From the IMG/VR virus record IMGVR_UViG_3300020433_000002, positions 20,506 through 84,505 of that record: a stretch of 64,000 bases of DNA. One strand, 5' to 3'. Made by a program: the position numbers and the translations under genes. Positions within the stretch are counted from its first letter, which is position 1; each line of letters begins with the position of its first letter. Source of the DNA: a virus. Positions 38,601 to 48,916 of the stretch are shown here, piece after piece. Below the pieces are notes generated by a model. It was not told the origin of the DNA, ran no database searches, and saw only the letters and a list, made by a program, of their open reading frames with translations.

Positions 38601-41339
38601 GATCATACAATTGATACTGAGTTTCTTGACTATAGATACAGTCAAAACGTATCTGACTTATATCCACAGTTAGATAGAGATAATCCAGACGATAACCCTA
38701 AAGCATCAAAATCTTATGCTTTAAGATCTCCTATTGGTGATGTTTCTACTAATGATCTTAAAAAGAGTTTGACCAGAGAAAGTACAGACTCCTTTATTAA
38801 AGCATTGGGTATAGGTATTACTTTATCAAATGCTCCAACTGGTGCAAACCCAACACTAACCTTTAGTAGAAGACATGGATATGCAGGTATTGTAACTGGA
38901 TCTATAACTAATCAAGGTAATAGTTATGCTGATGGTGAATATTTCAACATAAAATTATTAAATTCCTCAATAAGTGGCCCTTGGAGAGGTGCTACTGCTA
39001 GAGTAAGTATTGCTTCTAGTCAAATTACCAGTGTAGATATTCAATCAAAAGGTGCTGGATATGCTGCTGGTGATTTATATTTTGATCCAACATTTATTGG
39101 TGGTGATGGAACTGCTAGATATTCAATTACAAATGCAGGTATTACATCTGCTGTTGGAAACGTAGCACAGTTTACTGGTATTGGTGTAACTCAAGACCAG
39201 TACTTTAGAATAACTAGTGTTCCTAACGACACTCAGATTGCTATTGCTAAGACAGTTGGTGGCCCTGAGTTACAGGCAGGTCAATATGTATTTAATACTG
39301 GTAGAGCAGTAGAAATTGATAGTAGTAGTTTTGATGTTACAACTGGAATAACAACATTCAATTGTGTAAACAGTCATGGTTTGGCTGCAGGTAATAGTTT
39401 CACAATAGTTGATACAAATGAACACAATTTAGGCTCATATGTTGTTAACTCTGCTGTAGGTGTTACTACATTCAATGCAGTGACTGGAACTAGTGTAGGA
39501 GCTCCTGTATTTGCATATAAGTATGGTCTTAACTCTAACGAAAAACTTTCAGATAAATCTAATGAGAACCTAAGTGCACGTGCAGTACCTATCTTAGATA
39601 GTGAAAGTGCAACTACTATTGATTCAATTCCATCAAGTGGTATTACTACAGTTGCAGTAACAGGTGTTGATAATATAATTAGTAGATTCCCATATGGTTC
39701 TTACATTCAAATCAATAGTGAGATAATGAGAGTTGCTTCCAAGACTATTGTTGGAAGTGATCAACTTCAAGTTATTAGAGGTGTATTTGCAACAGGTATC
39801 CAAACACACACTGCTGGTTCTGTAATTAAGAAGATTAAACCAATACCTGTTGAATTTAGAAGACCATCTATTCTTAGAGCATCTGGTCATACATTTGAAT
39901 ATCTTGGTTACGGGCCAGGAAACTACTCAACTGCACTTCCACAGGTTCAAGACAGAACTCTTACTGAGAAGGAAGAATTCTTAGTTCAGTCACAGGAAAA
40001 ATCTGGTGGTGTTGTTGTTTACACTGGTATGAACAACAAAGGTGACTTCTATATTGGAAACCAGAAGAAATCATCTGCTACTGGTGAGGAGACAACATTC
40101 GATACTCCAATTCCAACTGTAACTGGTGAAACACCTGCAAGATTAAGTGCTGTATTTGATGAAGTAACTGTTAAAGAAAGAATAGTTGTTGAAGGTGGTG
40201 ACTCTGGAGACATTCTATCTTCCTTTGATGGCCCAACTACATTCAATAAGAGTGTTAAGATCAACAACCCTCTAAAAGTAACAGGTCAAACTCAATTAGT
40301 TAGCCCTGTTGATTCAACCAGTAAAGAATCAGGTTCTCTTATAGTTACTGGTGGTGTTGGTATTGGTAGTAATCTCTTTGTTGCTGGTGAAAATGTTGCA
40401 ATCTCAACTACAACTGGTGCAATTATTGTAGAGAAAGGTGGTGTTGGTATTGCTAAGAGCATACATGTTGGTGAAGGTGGTTTCTATGGTGGTGAGGTTC
40501 ATGCTACTAAATTTGTAGGTGATGGAACTCTACTAACTGGTGTTGAAATGCCTGGTGGTTCAATAGGTACTGTATTCTATGATGGTAATTTGATTGGTTT
40601 CGGTGCAAGTACTGGAACTCCTGATATGCGGATTGGTCATGATGGAGCAAATTCTATAATTAAAGAGGAAGGTACAGGAAATCTATTCTTACAAAGTGAT
40701 GGTAATGTAAAAATTACAAACGTTGGTGCAAGTCCAAGTAAGGTTTCTATTGATTGTAATACCGATGGAGCTGTACAAATAAACCATAACAACTCAATAC
40801 GATTTAAGACTTACTCAGGTGGTGTTGAGATTGGTGATCAAACTTCTAATGGAAACATACGTGCTCGTGGTGATATTACTGCATACTATTCCTCTGACGC
40901 ATCATTAAAAGATAATGTTCGTACTATTCATGATCCTCTTGAGAAAGTAATGCAAATTTCTGGTAATACATTTACTTGGAAAGAAAATGATGCTGGTCAT
41001 GAAGGTGAGGATACTGGTGTAATTGCACAAGAAATTGAAGCACTTGGATTACCAGGAATTGTTATTACCAGAGAAAATGGTAAGAAAGCAGTTCGTTATG
41101 AAAAATTAGTTCCACTTCTTATTGAAGCAATTAAGGAACTTAGCACAAAACTTGAAGTGCTTGCTGCTACACCAGACATTATGGCTGCTGTAGGAATGCT
41201 TAATGATATCACACAAGATAGAAATAAGATGATGGAAGAGAGATTGGAAAGGCAAAACCAATCTAAAAAGGATACTGGAAATCCTAATCAAGGCCCTGTC
41301 GGATGGTCGGAACCAATTCCACCCAAAGACGGAATATAA
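35700..41339 (+). CDS. Long tail fibre / virion protein with C-terminal S74-type intramolecular chaperone
   Basis: TAAATA at 35656; N-terminal MPL.KL.NFIKN.EGRILYV; C-terminal SSD..LK.N...GVIAQEIE...VRYEKLVPLLIEAIKEL. Confidence 0.82.
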   Translation: MPLNKLDNFIKNTEGRILYVSPSDLDSTDSISNEGNSLARPFKTVQRALLEAARFSYVKGRSNDEIAKTTIVLYPGEHIIDNRPGYRIFNENGVAKVQPAGGGTVSNALTTLDLNLTSNFDLTQADNILYKFNSVYGGIILPRGTSIVGMDLRKTRIRPKYVPNPTDPNVAHSAIFRMTGTCYFWQFSLFDGDDLGLVYTDPANFAKTASPIFSHHKLSCFEYADGINFVTLGNTTYDITDLDMYYAKIGNAYNVGSGREIESTQKYPADPLAFWPRRPEFEIVGAFAADPITLTSIRAGDEAGVTNVVTAKTSRAHGYNVGTPIKVRGVTPTNYNISATVTSVSNSDDTVFTYTLPNPPLTLIPGNTSAATVTVETDTVLGASPYVFNLSMRSVYGMNGMNIDGSKATGFKSIVVAQFTGISLQKDDRAFVKYNPVARTYDGISLASVVDGAALAAESSATATGEAYHLDSSAIYRKGWETAHIKLTNDAVAQVVSVFAIGFANHFLTESGADQSITNSNSNFGQLSLVSDGFKKNAFEKDNKAFITSIIPPRKIETTSKDLDWLAIDKAKTLAVGDNAKLFLDGYTSADILPPVNTQGFKVGAKVGDVLFLLVGGSERSAQILMPDGSSSVKEYRVSSVDELLDSFTIGTNTLDTGEKVVITSDDGDLPENITNTELYFAIRAGSNDIKLAASETDAIAGKAIDIAGGTNLRIFSRVSDKVSGDLGHPVQFDATEGQWYINTNNSSGSGGIYAALSTVGLIPEDVTTATFIKRIDDTRSLDEKVYKIRVVIPKELQNAKNPENGFVIQESSSTGARSDADFTFNNTLTTSDYEFDKNPRFIATCNSSSTTGICSIRSELPHNVTEGDTIIVKNVTDSVNTTGVANTGYNGTYKVLTVHNSMEFAYQPTTLHGLKSTNDTSQRDLTLPRFEKNNLQTNLYIYRALKISNYVQDKQDGVYHIYALSSDHTIDTEFLDYRYSQNVSDLYPQLDRDNPDDNPKASKSYALRSPIGDVSTNDLKKSLTRESTDSFIKALGIGITLSNAPTGANPTLTFSRRHGYAGIVTGSITNQGNSYADGEYFNIKLLNSSISGPWRGATARVSIASSQITSVDIQSKGAGYAAGDLYFDPTFIGGDGTARYSITNAGITSAVGNVAQFTGIGVTQDQYFRITSVPNDTQIAIAKTVGGPELQAGQYVFNTGRAVEIDSSSFDVTTGITTFNCVNSHGLAAGNSFTIVDTNEHNLGSYVVNSAVGVTTFNAVTGTSVGAPVFAYKYGLNSNEKLSDKSNENLSARAVPILDSESATTIDSIPSSGITTVAVTGVDNIISRFPYGSYIQINSEIMRVASKTIVGSDQLQVIRGVFATGIQTHTAGSVIKKIKPIPVEFRRPSILRASGHTFEYLGYGPGNYSTALPQVQDRTLTEKEEFLVQSQEKSGGVVVYTGMNNKGDFYIGNQKKSSATGEETTFDTPIPTVTGETPARLSAVFDEVTVKERIVVEGGDSGDILSSFDGPTTFNKSVKINNPLKVTGQTQLVSPVDSTSKESGSLIVTGGVGIGSNLFVAGENVAISTTTGAIIVEKGGVGIAKSIHVGEGGFYGGEVHATKFVGDGTLLTGVEMPGGSIGTVFYDGNLIGFGASTGTPDMRIGHDGANSIIKEEGTGNLFLQSDGNVKITNVGASPSKVSIDCNTDGAVQINHNNSIRFKTYSGGVEIGDQTSNGNIRARGDITAYYSSDASLKDNVRTIHDPLEKVMQISGNTFTWKENDAGHEGEDTGVIAQEIEALGLPGIVITRENGKKAVRYEKLVPLLIEAIKELSTKLEVLAATPDIMAAVGMLNDITQDRNKMMEERLERQNQSKKDTGNPNQGPVGWSEPIPPKDGI

Positions 41340-41361
41340 ATAACAATAAAATCTAGGCTCA

Positions 41362-43356
41362 ATGGCAAATTATAATAAGTCATTTAATTTCAGAAATGGT
41401 GTACAGGTTGATAGTGATAACTTCATAGTCAACGCTAGTGGCTTGGTTGGAATTGGAACGTCAATTCCAATACGATTCCTAGATGTCCACGGAACCTCTG
41501 CTCTGCGTGGTCAGACAGACGTTACTGGAATAACAAGTACTAGTGCTTTACGTGTTGCGGGAATCGCTACATTCCATGGTGATGTTGGTATAGGAACCAC
41601 AAATCCTACAGGTAATGCGTTAATGGGGAACACCAATGTACTTAATGTTGGTGTTGTAACTGCTAATTATTTCTATGGTAGTGGTTTGTATATGGATGAT
41701 ATTGTCGGTTTCACAACCGATGGTTGGATTGTTCATCAAGCTAAAAATACTGTTGGTACAAGAACTGGTATTGCTACACACTTAAAGGTTGGTATTGGAA
41801 CAACTGAAGCAGATAATGCTTATGATTTAATGATTGGACAGAATCCAACAACTGCTGGTCTAGAAGGTATTGGATTTATAGGAGAGACAGGAGATAGTTC
41901 AGGTTTTGGTAATCAAATAATAATGAGTGGCCAAATAAAGGCAAACTCTTTTGTTGGTATTGGTACTGAATTAACACAATTAAATGCAAGTTATCTTGCA
42001 AGTGGTACGATTAGTAATAATAGACTTCCAGTAATAGATAACACTAAGTTTCCTGATCCAACTATTCTTAATAGTGGTAATGGTACATTACGGGCTAAAT
42101 TTGTAAACTTAGATGCGTCAGTAGGTGTTGTAACCGCAGGTATATTCACAGGTACATCTTCTAAATTCTATGGTCAGCATATTGGTGATGTAACTGGTAA
42201 TGCCGATACTGCAACTACATTGAATAGTAATTCAAATGTAAAAACTTCTGGAACATTAGATGCAAGAACACAAGTTGGTGCAGCATTAAGTGTTTCTGAA
42301 TCAATAGGTCTTTGTACATCATCCCCTAATGGTGAATTACATATATGTGGGGTTGATACAACTGGTGCAGCTACTATACAAGTAACAAGCCCTGAGCAAG
42401 CATCTCAATTAATCTTAGGATTAAATGCTAATGCACAGGATAATAACAATGGAATCCTTCAGTATGGTAATAGAAGTGCAGGGTTACCATATAGTCAGCC
42501 AGGTTCACTAGATCTTATTAACTATAGTAATGGTACTCATCAGGGTAATGTTAACTTCTACTGTGATGGTGGTGGTGTTGGAGTTAATACAGGAAGTTTC
42601 TACTGGCATGGTGATGGTTCTACTAGATTAGCGGCTCTTACTTATGAAGGTAATTTTGGTATAGGAGTTACAAATCCACAACTGAAGCTAGAAGTCAATG
42701 GTATAGGTACATTTGTAAGTAGTGCATTTGTTGGTTATGATCTTCAAGTTTCTAATGATTTGAGGGTTATGAGTGGTGTTGCAACTGCTCCTGCATTTAT
42801 AGGAAACTTCTATGGTGCGGATTCAACAAGTGTCGTTGACATTACATCTATTGGTTGTACAAACTTAAATGTAGCTGGTGTTACTACTATTAGTTACATA
42901 AGTTTAGGTATTGGTGGTACTATCCTTATTGGTGACCAAATGCAATTATATGGTGATGCTGCTTCACAGGGGAATTTAATTATCTCTGATGGTAGTGGAG
43001 AAGGTGGTAATATGAGTTGGTTTGATGATAGTGGTTATCTTGGTATCAAAACTGATACTAATTATTCAGATGCTTCAGGGCCAGGTTCTATTGGACTTGC
43101 TTGTGATCGAGGTGCAATATTCCGTACATTTATTGGTGTTGGTCGAACTAGCCCAACAGCTGGTGTTGACTTCTCAACTGCTAGTGACGACATCACAAGA
43201 AGATTCATGGTGTTACCAAAACTTACTACTACCCAAAGAAATAACTTAGCTGGTGCAGCAGTCACTGATGGTGCCTTGATTTATAATATCACTACAGATC
43301 ATTTGCAGTTTTATAATGGATCTTCTTGGAGAGAAATAACTGATACATCCGCATAA
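41362..43356 (+). CDS. Tail fibre protein
   Basis: TATAAATA at 41335; multiple VGIGT repeats; C-terminal P.LTTTQRN.L...GALIYN.T...LQFYNG..W. Confidence 0.75.
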   Translation: MANYNKSFNFRNGVQVDSDNFIVNASGLVGIGTSIPIRFLDVHGTSALRGQTDVTGITSTSALRVAGIATFHGDVGIGTTNPTGNALMGNTNVLNVGVVTANYFYGSGLYMDDIVGFTTDGWIVHQAKNTVGTRTGIATHLKVGIGTTEADNAYDLMIGQNPTTAGLEGIGFIGETGDSSGFGNQIIMSGQIKANSFVGIGTELTQLNASYLASGTISNNRLPVIDNTKFPDPTILNSGNGTLRAKFVNLDASVGVVTAGIFTGTSSKFYGQHIGDVTGNADTATTLNSNSNVKTSGTLDARTQVGAALSVSESIGLCTSSPNGELHICGVDTTGAATIQVTSPEQASQLILGLNANAQDNNNGILQYGNRSAGLPYSQPGSLDLINYSNGTHQGNVNFYCDGGGVGVNTGSFYWHGDGSTRLAALTYEGNFGIGVTNPQLKLEVNGIGTFVSSAFVGYDLQVSNDLRVMSGVATAPAFIGNFYGADSTSVVDITSIGCTNLNVAGVTTISYISLGIGGTILIGDQMQLYGDAASQGNLIISDGSGEGGNMSWFDDSGYLGIKTDTNYSDASGPGSIGLACDRGAIFRTFIGVGRTSPTAGVDFSTASDDITRRFMVLPKLTTTQRNNLAGAAVTDGALIYNITTDHLQFYNGSSWREITDTSA

Positions 43357-43359
43357 ACT

Positions 43360-44382
43360 ATGGTATTACAAAGTTCTGGAGCAATCTCCTACAGCGACAT
43401 CAAAAATGAGTTTGGTGAACCAACCAATAAAAATCTTGGTGCATATAGAGTTTCACAAACTATTGGTGGATTATCTAATAGACCTCTAGACACTGGTATT
43501 CCTAAAAGTGGTGCTATATCATTTAGTGATTTTTATGGTAAGAAATTAAATATAGTAGTTAATTTCTGGAGTGGTGGTACTGTTACTAGACAACAGGCTC
43601 AAACTCAATACAATAATAATAATGTAACAGTTATTGGTGGTTTTAAAGGTAAACCTGCTGTTAACAGTACTGGATGGCAAGGTGGTAAGAAGATTATTAT
43701 TCATGTAAATAAATTAATTGGATCAGTTGTACATAATACTCAGAATAGTAGATGTGCCTTAAGAACTGGATCATGGATTGCCAATACGGATTTAGTTATT
43801 GATGTTGGTGGAGAAGGAAGAATATGGGGTGCAGGTGGTAAAGGTGGTGATGGCCGAACTAATCAAGGAACTGGTGAAAGTGGAAAAACAGGAACCAGTG
43901 CATTGGGTATTCAATATGGTGGTGGAGTAACTATAAATGTAGCAGCTGGTGGACAAATTCATCGTGGATTTGGCGGTGGAGGAGGAGGTGGCGGTGGTCA
44001 CCAATCTGATAAAGGATCACGTCGATACGCTAGTGGTGGCGGTGGCGGTGGAGGTCAAGGATATCCTGGCGGCCCACATGGAGATAGAGGAAATGGTGGT
44101 GCATTAGGTGGTAATGGTACTGATGGAAGTATATCTGCTGCTGGTAATGGTGGTGGTGGAAGTAATAATGGTGGTGAGGCTGAAGGAGGAGCTGGTGGAG
44201 AAGGAGGCTGGACAGGAGATCCCTCTGCTGACGCAGGTGGTGGTGGAGAGGATAGTAGCGGTGGAGCAGGTGGCGGTAATGGTGCTGCTATCAGAAGAAC
44301 ATCTGGAATTAGTCTAGGATCTATAACTATAAACAACTCTGGAAATATTGATGGTGCAACAAATCAAACAGGAGTTTCATAA
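43360..44382 (+). CDS. Glycine-rich adhesin-like protein (gp38-like)
   Basis: N-terminal SGAIS.SD repeats; G.I.G.GG.GG and poly-Gly motifs; follows the fibres. Confidence 0.6.
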   Translation: MVLQSSGAISYSDIKNEFGEPTNKNLGAYRVSQTIGGLSNRPLDTGIPKSGAISFSDFYGKKLNIVVNFWSGGTVTRQQAQTQYNNNNVTVIGGFKGKPAVNSTGWQGGKKIIIHVNKLIGSVVHNTQNSRCALRTGSWIANTDLVIDVGGEGRIWGAGGKGGDGRTNQGTGESGKTGTSALGIQYGGGVTINVAAGGQIHRGFGGGGGGGGGHQSDKGSRRYASGGGGGGGQGYPGGPHGDRGNGGALGGNGTDGSISAAGNGGGGSNNGGEAEGGAGGEGGWTGDPSADAGGGGEDSSGGAGGGNGAAIRRTSGISLGSITINNSGNIDGATNQTGVS

Positions 44383-44383
44383 C

Positions 44384-44412
44384 TTGCATTTCTACGAGAC
44401 TTGATATATAAT
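44384..44412 (+). promoter_or_regulatory. Sigma70-type promoter
   Basis: TTGCAT-N17-TATAAT heading the oxygenase island. Confidence 0.7.
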
Positions 44413-44433
44413 AGAAATAACTGAATATTTTTC

Positions 44434-45018
44434 ATGACCACTGAAAGTGAATTAATTAGAAGATATACAGGTATCTTCTCAAAAGAGAGATGCAGAAAAA
44501 TAATGAGACACTTAGATTATTTGGAGAATAATAATCTATTGTTTTATGATAAAAGAAATCTTCATATGGAAGACCATATGACTCTCAATGCAACTTTGGA
44601 TTATGAGATAGATTTGACTGCAACTACGAGAGTAGCAGAAGAAATACTCCCACTTCTTAAAAAACCAGTTGATGATTACTTAGAGACTGTTAGTATTCTC
44701 CGTTCAAGTAGATTCTTGTGCTATGATTGTAAGATAAAGAAAATCCCTCAAGGTGGAGGATTTCATAACTGGCATTTTGAAAATGGTGTTATAGGTGCGA
44801 CACCAAGAACTTTTGTGATACAATTATATCTTAATGATGACTTTGAGGGTGGCGAGACAGAATTTTTATATCAGAACAGAAGAGAACAAGCAGTACAGGG
44901 TGATGTTCTAATTTTCCCTGCAGGATTTACACATACACATAGGGGTAATCCACCAATAGGAGGAACAAAATATCTTGCTACAACATGGGCTATTATTCAA
45001 CCACCTGATGAACATTAA
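44434..45018 (+). CDS. 2OG-Fe(II) oxygenase (prolyl-4-hydroxylase-like)
   Basis: WHFE, LYLNDDFEGGETEF, IFPAGFTHTHRG, KY. Confidence 0.88.
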   Translation: MTTESELIRRYTGIFSKERCRKIMRHLDYLENNNLLFYDKRNLHMEDHMTLNATLDYEIDLTATTRVAEEILPLLKKPVDDYLETVSILRSSRFLCYDCKIKKIPQGGGFHNWHFENGVIGATPRTFVIQLYLNDDFEGGETEFLYQNRREQAVQGDVLIFPAGFTHTHRGNPPIGGTKYLATTWAIIQPPDEH

Positions 45019-45716
45019 TGGCTCAAGTTTTTAATGTATTTCCAACTACGATAGTTGTTGATGTAATGCAAGGACACAACAAATACGTCGAGGATTTTGA
45101 AAAAGTATATCATAAGTATGATTATGAACCTCAGATCCATAAAAATGGGTACGTTTATAATACTACTACCAGTGAAAACTTTGGGAATCCTTTATTACAT
45201 TTGGATGAGGAACTAGAGGATTGCTTTGGTGAGATTGCTTACAATGTGCAAAAATATATCTATGAGGTACTAGAGTATAAAAAGATATTTAATATTGTTA
45301 TTACTAAGAGTTGGTTATCTAGGTCTAGAAAATCTGAAGATGAAATTGTCTGGCATGATCATTCTGCAAGTCAAATATCCTTTGTATATTATTTAAAGAC
45401 ACCACCAAATTCACACGTATTGAAGTTTCTTACTCCTGATAATACTAATAGTGTGTTTAGAGGTAATAATACCAGTGAGTTTAAACATGGTATTGAAAAT
45501 TTTAATTTAGTAAATTCTTCTACATTCTTTATAGAACCAGTAGCGGGAAGTTTAATTATGTTTCCAAGCAGAGTAAAACATTGCACACACTCAATAGATG
45601 ATAATTTTGAGGGTGAAAGATTGGCTATTGTTGGTGATGTTACATTAGTATATAATCCTGATATTTTAGATTATTCTCAGGGATATATACATCCTAGATA
45701 CTGGAAGGTTTATTAG
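45018..45716 (+). CDS. Putative 2OG-Fe(II) oxygenase (TIGR02466-like)
   Basis: SW...HDH..S.ISFVYYL...MFPS.V.H...R. Confidence 0.8.
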   Translation: MAQVFNVFPTTIVVDVMQGHNKYVEDFEKVYHKYDYEPQIHKNGYVYNTTTSENFGNPLLHLDEELEDCFGEIAYNVQKYIYEVLEYKKIFNIVITKSWLSRSRKSEDEIVWHDHSASQISFVYYLKTPPNSHVLKFLTPDNTNSVFRGNNTSEFKHGIENFNLVNSSTFFIEPVAGSLIMFPSRVKHCTHSIDDNFEGERLAIVGDVTLVYNPDILDYSQGYIHPRYWKVY

Positions 45717-46333
45717 TGTTTGAATTAAATGAAGAACTAAAAGTATGCAACTGCCAATCCAAAAGACCTATCTTTATAATAGATAATTTCTACGAGAATC
45801 CAGAAGAAGTTGAGGATTATCTTTTTAATAGAAATCCCCCACTATGGAAAATAAATGAAGAAGGAACCAATAATGGTGTGTATTTTGAAGATAGAAGATT
45901 CTTTGAGTATGATGAGAGACTACGAGAGGTATATGAGTATTTGAGTGAGTTGTGCGGACAGAAATTTTTTAGTTGTGATGTGAATACTAATATGACTCGT
46001 TTTACTAAAGATAGTTTTAATGACTACGAGAATTGTGTTTGGTGGCCACACTCTGATACTGGATATAATGGTATAGTATATTTTAGTGATGAGTGTGGTA
46101 CTTGTTTGTACGAAGACTTAGGTGTAGATGGTGATACTGTCGAACATCGTGAGCCTTGGAGACCGAAGGAAAACTATAAAGTATTAGAAACACTTGGTGC
46201 AAGGTATAATCGTATGGTATTATTTGATGGTATAATTCCACATGGAATGAATATATGTAATGATACATATTTTGGTAAGGAATATCGTAAGAACCAAGTA
46301 TTTTTCTTTGATAAAGATGAAGTCAATTTTTAA
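45716..46333 (+). CDS. DUF6445-like 2OG-Fe(II) oxygenase
   Basis: IIDNFYENP, PHSD, YNRMVLFDG..PHG, R.NQVFF. Confidence 0.72.
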   Translation: MFELNEELKVCNCQSKRPIFIIDNFYENPEEVEDYLFNRNPPLWKINEEGTNNGVYFEDRRFFEYDERLREVYEYLSELCGQKFFSCDVNTNMTRFTKDSFNDYENCVWWPHSDTGYNGIVYFSDECGTCLYEDLGVDGDTVEHREPWRPKENYKVLETLGARYNRMVLFDGIIPHGMNICNDTYFGKEYRKNQVFFFDKDEVNF

Positions 46334-46670
46334 AATATCAGAATATTTTCCAGAAACTAATCAGATTACTATTAGATTCTGTAGATTACACGCACCTAAG
46401 AATATTGATGAGTACAGACCTGTTAGTCTTGATCTGAATGATGATGCACTAGATTTGTATGATATAGAAACATTTACTCAAAGTATTATGAGAAAGGCTG
46501 GAGAGAAATGGATTGAAAGACATGAAGATTCTGAAGAGTTATTGTTTGAGAATATACCAGAGACTCCTAAAGGTAGGTTTAATATAGAGGATTTAATAGG
46601 TAAAGTTATATCATGTGAGACTTATAAACAAAGTAGAGAACCAATTAAGATGAGGAAAATTGAATTATGA
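46317..46670 (+). CDS. Hypothetical protein
   Basis: ATG 46317 within the track ORF; coupled to neighbours. Confidence 0.6.
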   Translation: MKSIFKISEYFPETNQITIRFCRLHAPKNIDEYRPVSLDLNDDALDLYDIETFTQSIMRKAGEKWIERHEDSEELLFENIPETPKGRFNIEDLIGKVISCETYKQSREPIKMRKIEL

Positions 46671-47155
46671 CTATCCCTAGATACAAACATTTTTTTAAGA
46701 AGTTAGATAAGTTCTCAGTATGTGCATTGAAGGCCGATCCTACATGGATTGGTGTGGAGCAAGCACCTGATAGTTTTGGTACATATCATTATGTGGTACA
46801 TGGTAGTGCAAGGATTGGAGTACCATTTAAGGAAGAATATTTTGAGGTAAAGAGTAAAGAGTTCTTCTCTATGCAACATCTACTAGATCAACCAGTAATG
46901 ATGGAAACTTATGATGATTTTTATATGATTGGATTTAATGCTATAAACAGGAAAGAAGTATGGGATGGTAAATTAGTAAAAGAACCAACACTACAGGTAT
47001 CAAAAGAATCACATCTAATTTGTTTTGATGGTAACCCTATTGTAAATGGGAAACAACTAGAAAGATTTGATTATGCTGATCTATCTCCTGATAAAACTTA
47101 CGAGATTAATCTGAATGATGGTGCTTTAGGAGTATTTACGGAGTGTAGTGTTTAA
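46667..47155 (+). CDS. Hypothetical beta-rich (possibly cupin-like) protein
   Basis: YHYVVHGSARIG; ATGA overlap. Confidence 0.55.
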   Translation: MTIPRYKHFFKKLDKFSVCALKADPTWIGVEQAPDSFGTYHYVVHGSARIGVPFKEEYFEVKSKEFFSMQHLLDQPVMMETYDDFYMIGFNAINRKEVWDGKLVKEPTLQVSKESHLICFDGNPIVNGKQLERFDYADLSPDKTYEINLNDGALGVFTECSV

Positions 47156-48332
47156 ACTTCTCAAAGTATATTCCTAGTTGAGCCCATAGAGCATCAGGAT
47201 ATAAGTTATTATATTTGTTAGGGTATTTCTTATAATTCTTCCATAAAGATTCATCCACATCAAACTTACTATAATACTTCCAGAAAGGTGTATCATCTCT
47301 ATCACTTAGCATATAATGATGTAATAAGTAATCTGAATTTTGTTTTTGTACCTTTAACATTGTTTTGTTATATGCCTCTGGTTTTGATCCTTTCAATATA
47401 CATTTAACTAATAAAGTAATACTATAAACCACCATATATAATCCATTTGCTTCCAATGGATCAACAAATCCTTGACCTAATCCTATAGTAACCACGTTAT
47501 CTTTCCATGGCCTTTTTAATACATTAGGTTTCCATTTAATATTTCTTGGTTGTATATTATTATATCGTTTTCTATTCTTAGTCCACCCTTTAAAATCATC
47601 AAGAGCTTCATCATCAGAGATATACTTATCAGAATAAACATAACCTGATCCAGTACGATTTTGTAGATCAATTATAAACTGCCATCCACATTCTCTTGCT
47701 ACTGTTTGTGTATATGGATTGATCTCTCCCTTTAATTCAAATGGACATACCCATGCACTATTAACTAAATGGTGATCCCATATCTCTTCAGTTCTATCAG
47801 TCGTAAATTTTCTAGCAAAACCACTAGCATCAACGTAGAGGTCATATCCTTTAGGTAATTCATCTAATGTATCAATAATATGAGTTACGTCTTTACAATA
47901 GTCTTTAACAACAGAATTGGCTAGGTTTGCATCTAAATGATATGCAACCGATCTCCACCCATCTTTATCATATAATTCTATGTGACTATTTTTATCTTTA
48001 ACACCAGACTTATATTCTTGATACCATTTATCAAAACGACCTTTAGGATCATCCTGCCAAAACGTCATGAGAAATGGATCCTTACCAACACCATCCCACT
48101 CATATTTCATGTTCCCATACTTATGGACAGCATTACATCCATTCATCCACTCTTTCTCTGGAATACCTAGTTCTTCAAAGAAGGCTCCTATTTGTGGAAG
48201 AGAAGATTCCCCAACACCACTTGTAGGTATCTCATCACTTTCGATTAATGTTATCTCAGCATCAAGAAATCTCTGCATATATGATGCACACCACCAACCA
48301 GAAGTTCCACCACCTATAATACAAATTTTCAT
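47136..48332 (-). CDS. Flavin-dependent (tryptophan-halogenase-like) enzyme, short form
   Basis: IIGGGTSGW, GVGES..P, putative catalytic Lys (HKYG), DASGF, GWQFII, GFVDPLEANG. Confidence 0.82.
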   Translation of the reverse strand: MKICIIGGGTSGWWCASYMQRFLDAEITLIESDEIPTSGVGESSLPQIGAFFEELGIPEKEWMNGCNAVHKYGNMKYEWDGVGKDPFLMTFWQDDPKGRFDKWYQEYKSGVKDKNSHIELYDKDGWRSVAYHLDANLANSVVKDYCKDVTHIIDTLDELPKGYDLYVDASGFARKFTTDRTEEIWDHHLVNSAWVCPFELKGEINPYTQTVARECGWQFIIDLQNRTGSGYVYSDKYISDDEALDDFKGWTKNRKRYNNIQPRNIKWKPNVLKRPWKDNVVTIGLGQGFVDPLEANGLYMVVYSITLLVKCILKGSKPEAYNKTMLKVQKQNSDYLLHHYMLSDRDDTPFWKYYSKFDVDESLWKNYKKYPNKYNNLYPDALWAQLGIYFEKFKHYTP

Positions 48333-48916
48333 TAATGAGTCCTACAATTTGGTAATAGGTCAGTCACAACCCTAAAGTTACTAGGATTGATGTACACACC
48401 CATGAGTATATGGTATATATCATTTACAAAAGCAAAGGATCCATGTTGTTTCTTTGTATTTAAAAGATATGGTTTCCCTGCCTTAAATGGTGCTAGTTGT
48501 TTATCATATATGAAGGCCCACTCATGTAATTCAGTCTTATTTAATGGTATGAAGATTCTCATTTGTTGTGTTGTTTTATAAGCATCCCTATGTGGTCTAA
48601 AGAAAGTACCTGCATCCATTTTAACTGCATGACATTTTGCTAGACTATTCCACTTATCAAAAAATTGTACTAGGGACGGACATGACTTTAAATTATTATT
48701 ATATTCTCCCTCTTTCTTATCTTTTACTCTAAGATCAAGAGTATCTGATCCAGTTAAAGATAATCCCATAGGAGCAGAGACACTTGGCCCTGTGACCCAG
48801 TTGTTGTTACTAGATAGTTGTGTTATAATATTATCGACATCAAAATCCCAGTCAAGTTCGACAATATCACCATAACTATTCAGTAGAGTTAGGAGTGTTG
48901 CCTGTGTATCGTTCAT
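48332..48916 (-). CDS. Asp/Asn beta-hydroxylase-like 2OG-Fe(II) oxygenase
   Basis: F.PHRD, RIFIPL, LNT...HG. Confidence 0.7.
   Translation of the reverse strand: MNDTQATLLTLLNSYGDIVELDWDFDVDNIITQLSSNNNWVTGPSVSAPMGLSLTGSDTLDLRVKDKKEGEYNNNLKSCPSLVQFFDKWNSLAKCHAVKMDAGTFFRPHRDAYKTTQQMRIFIPLNKTELHEWAFIYDKQLAPFKAGKPYLLNTKKQHGSFAFVNDIYHILMGVYINPSNFRVVTDLLPNCRTH

Noticed and set aside
1-44382. Diversity-generating retroelement or invertase acting on fibre genes
   Set aside because: No reverse transcriptase, recombinase or near-identical TR/VR pair seen; the repeats are diverged at DNA level.
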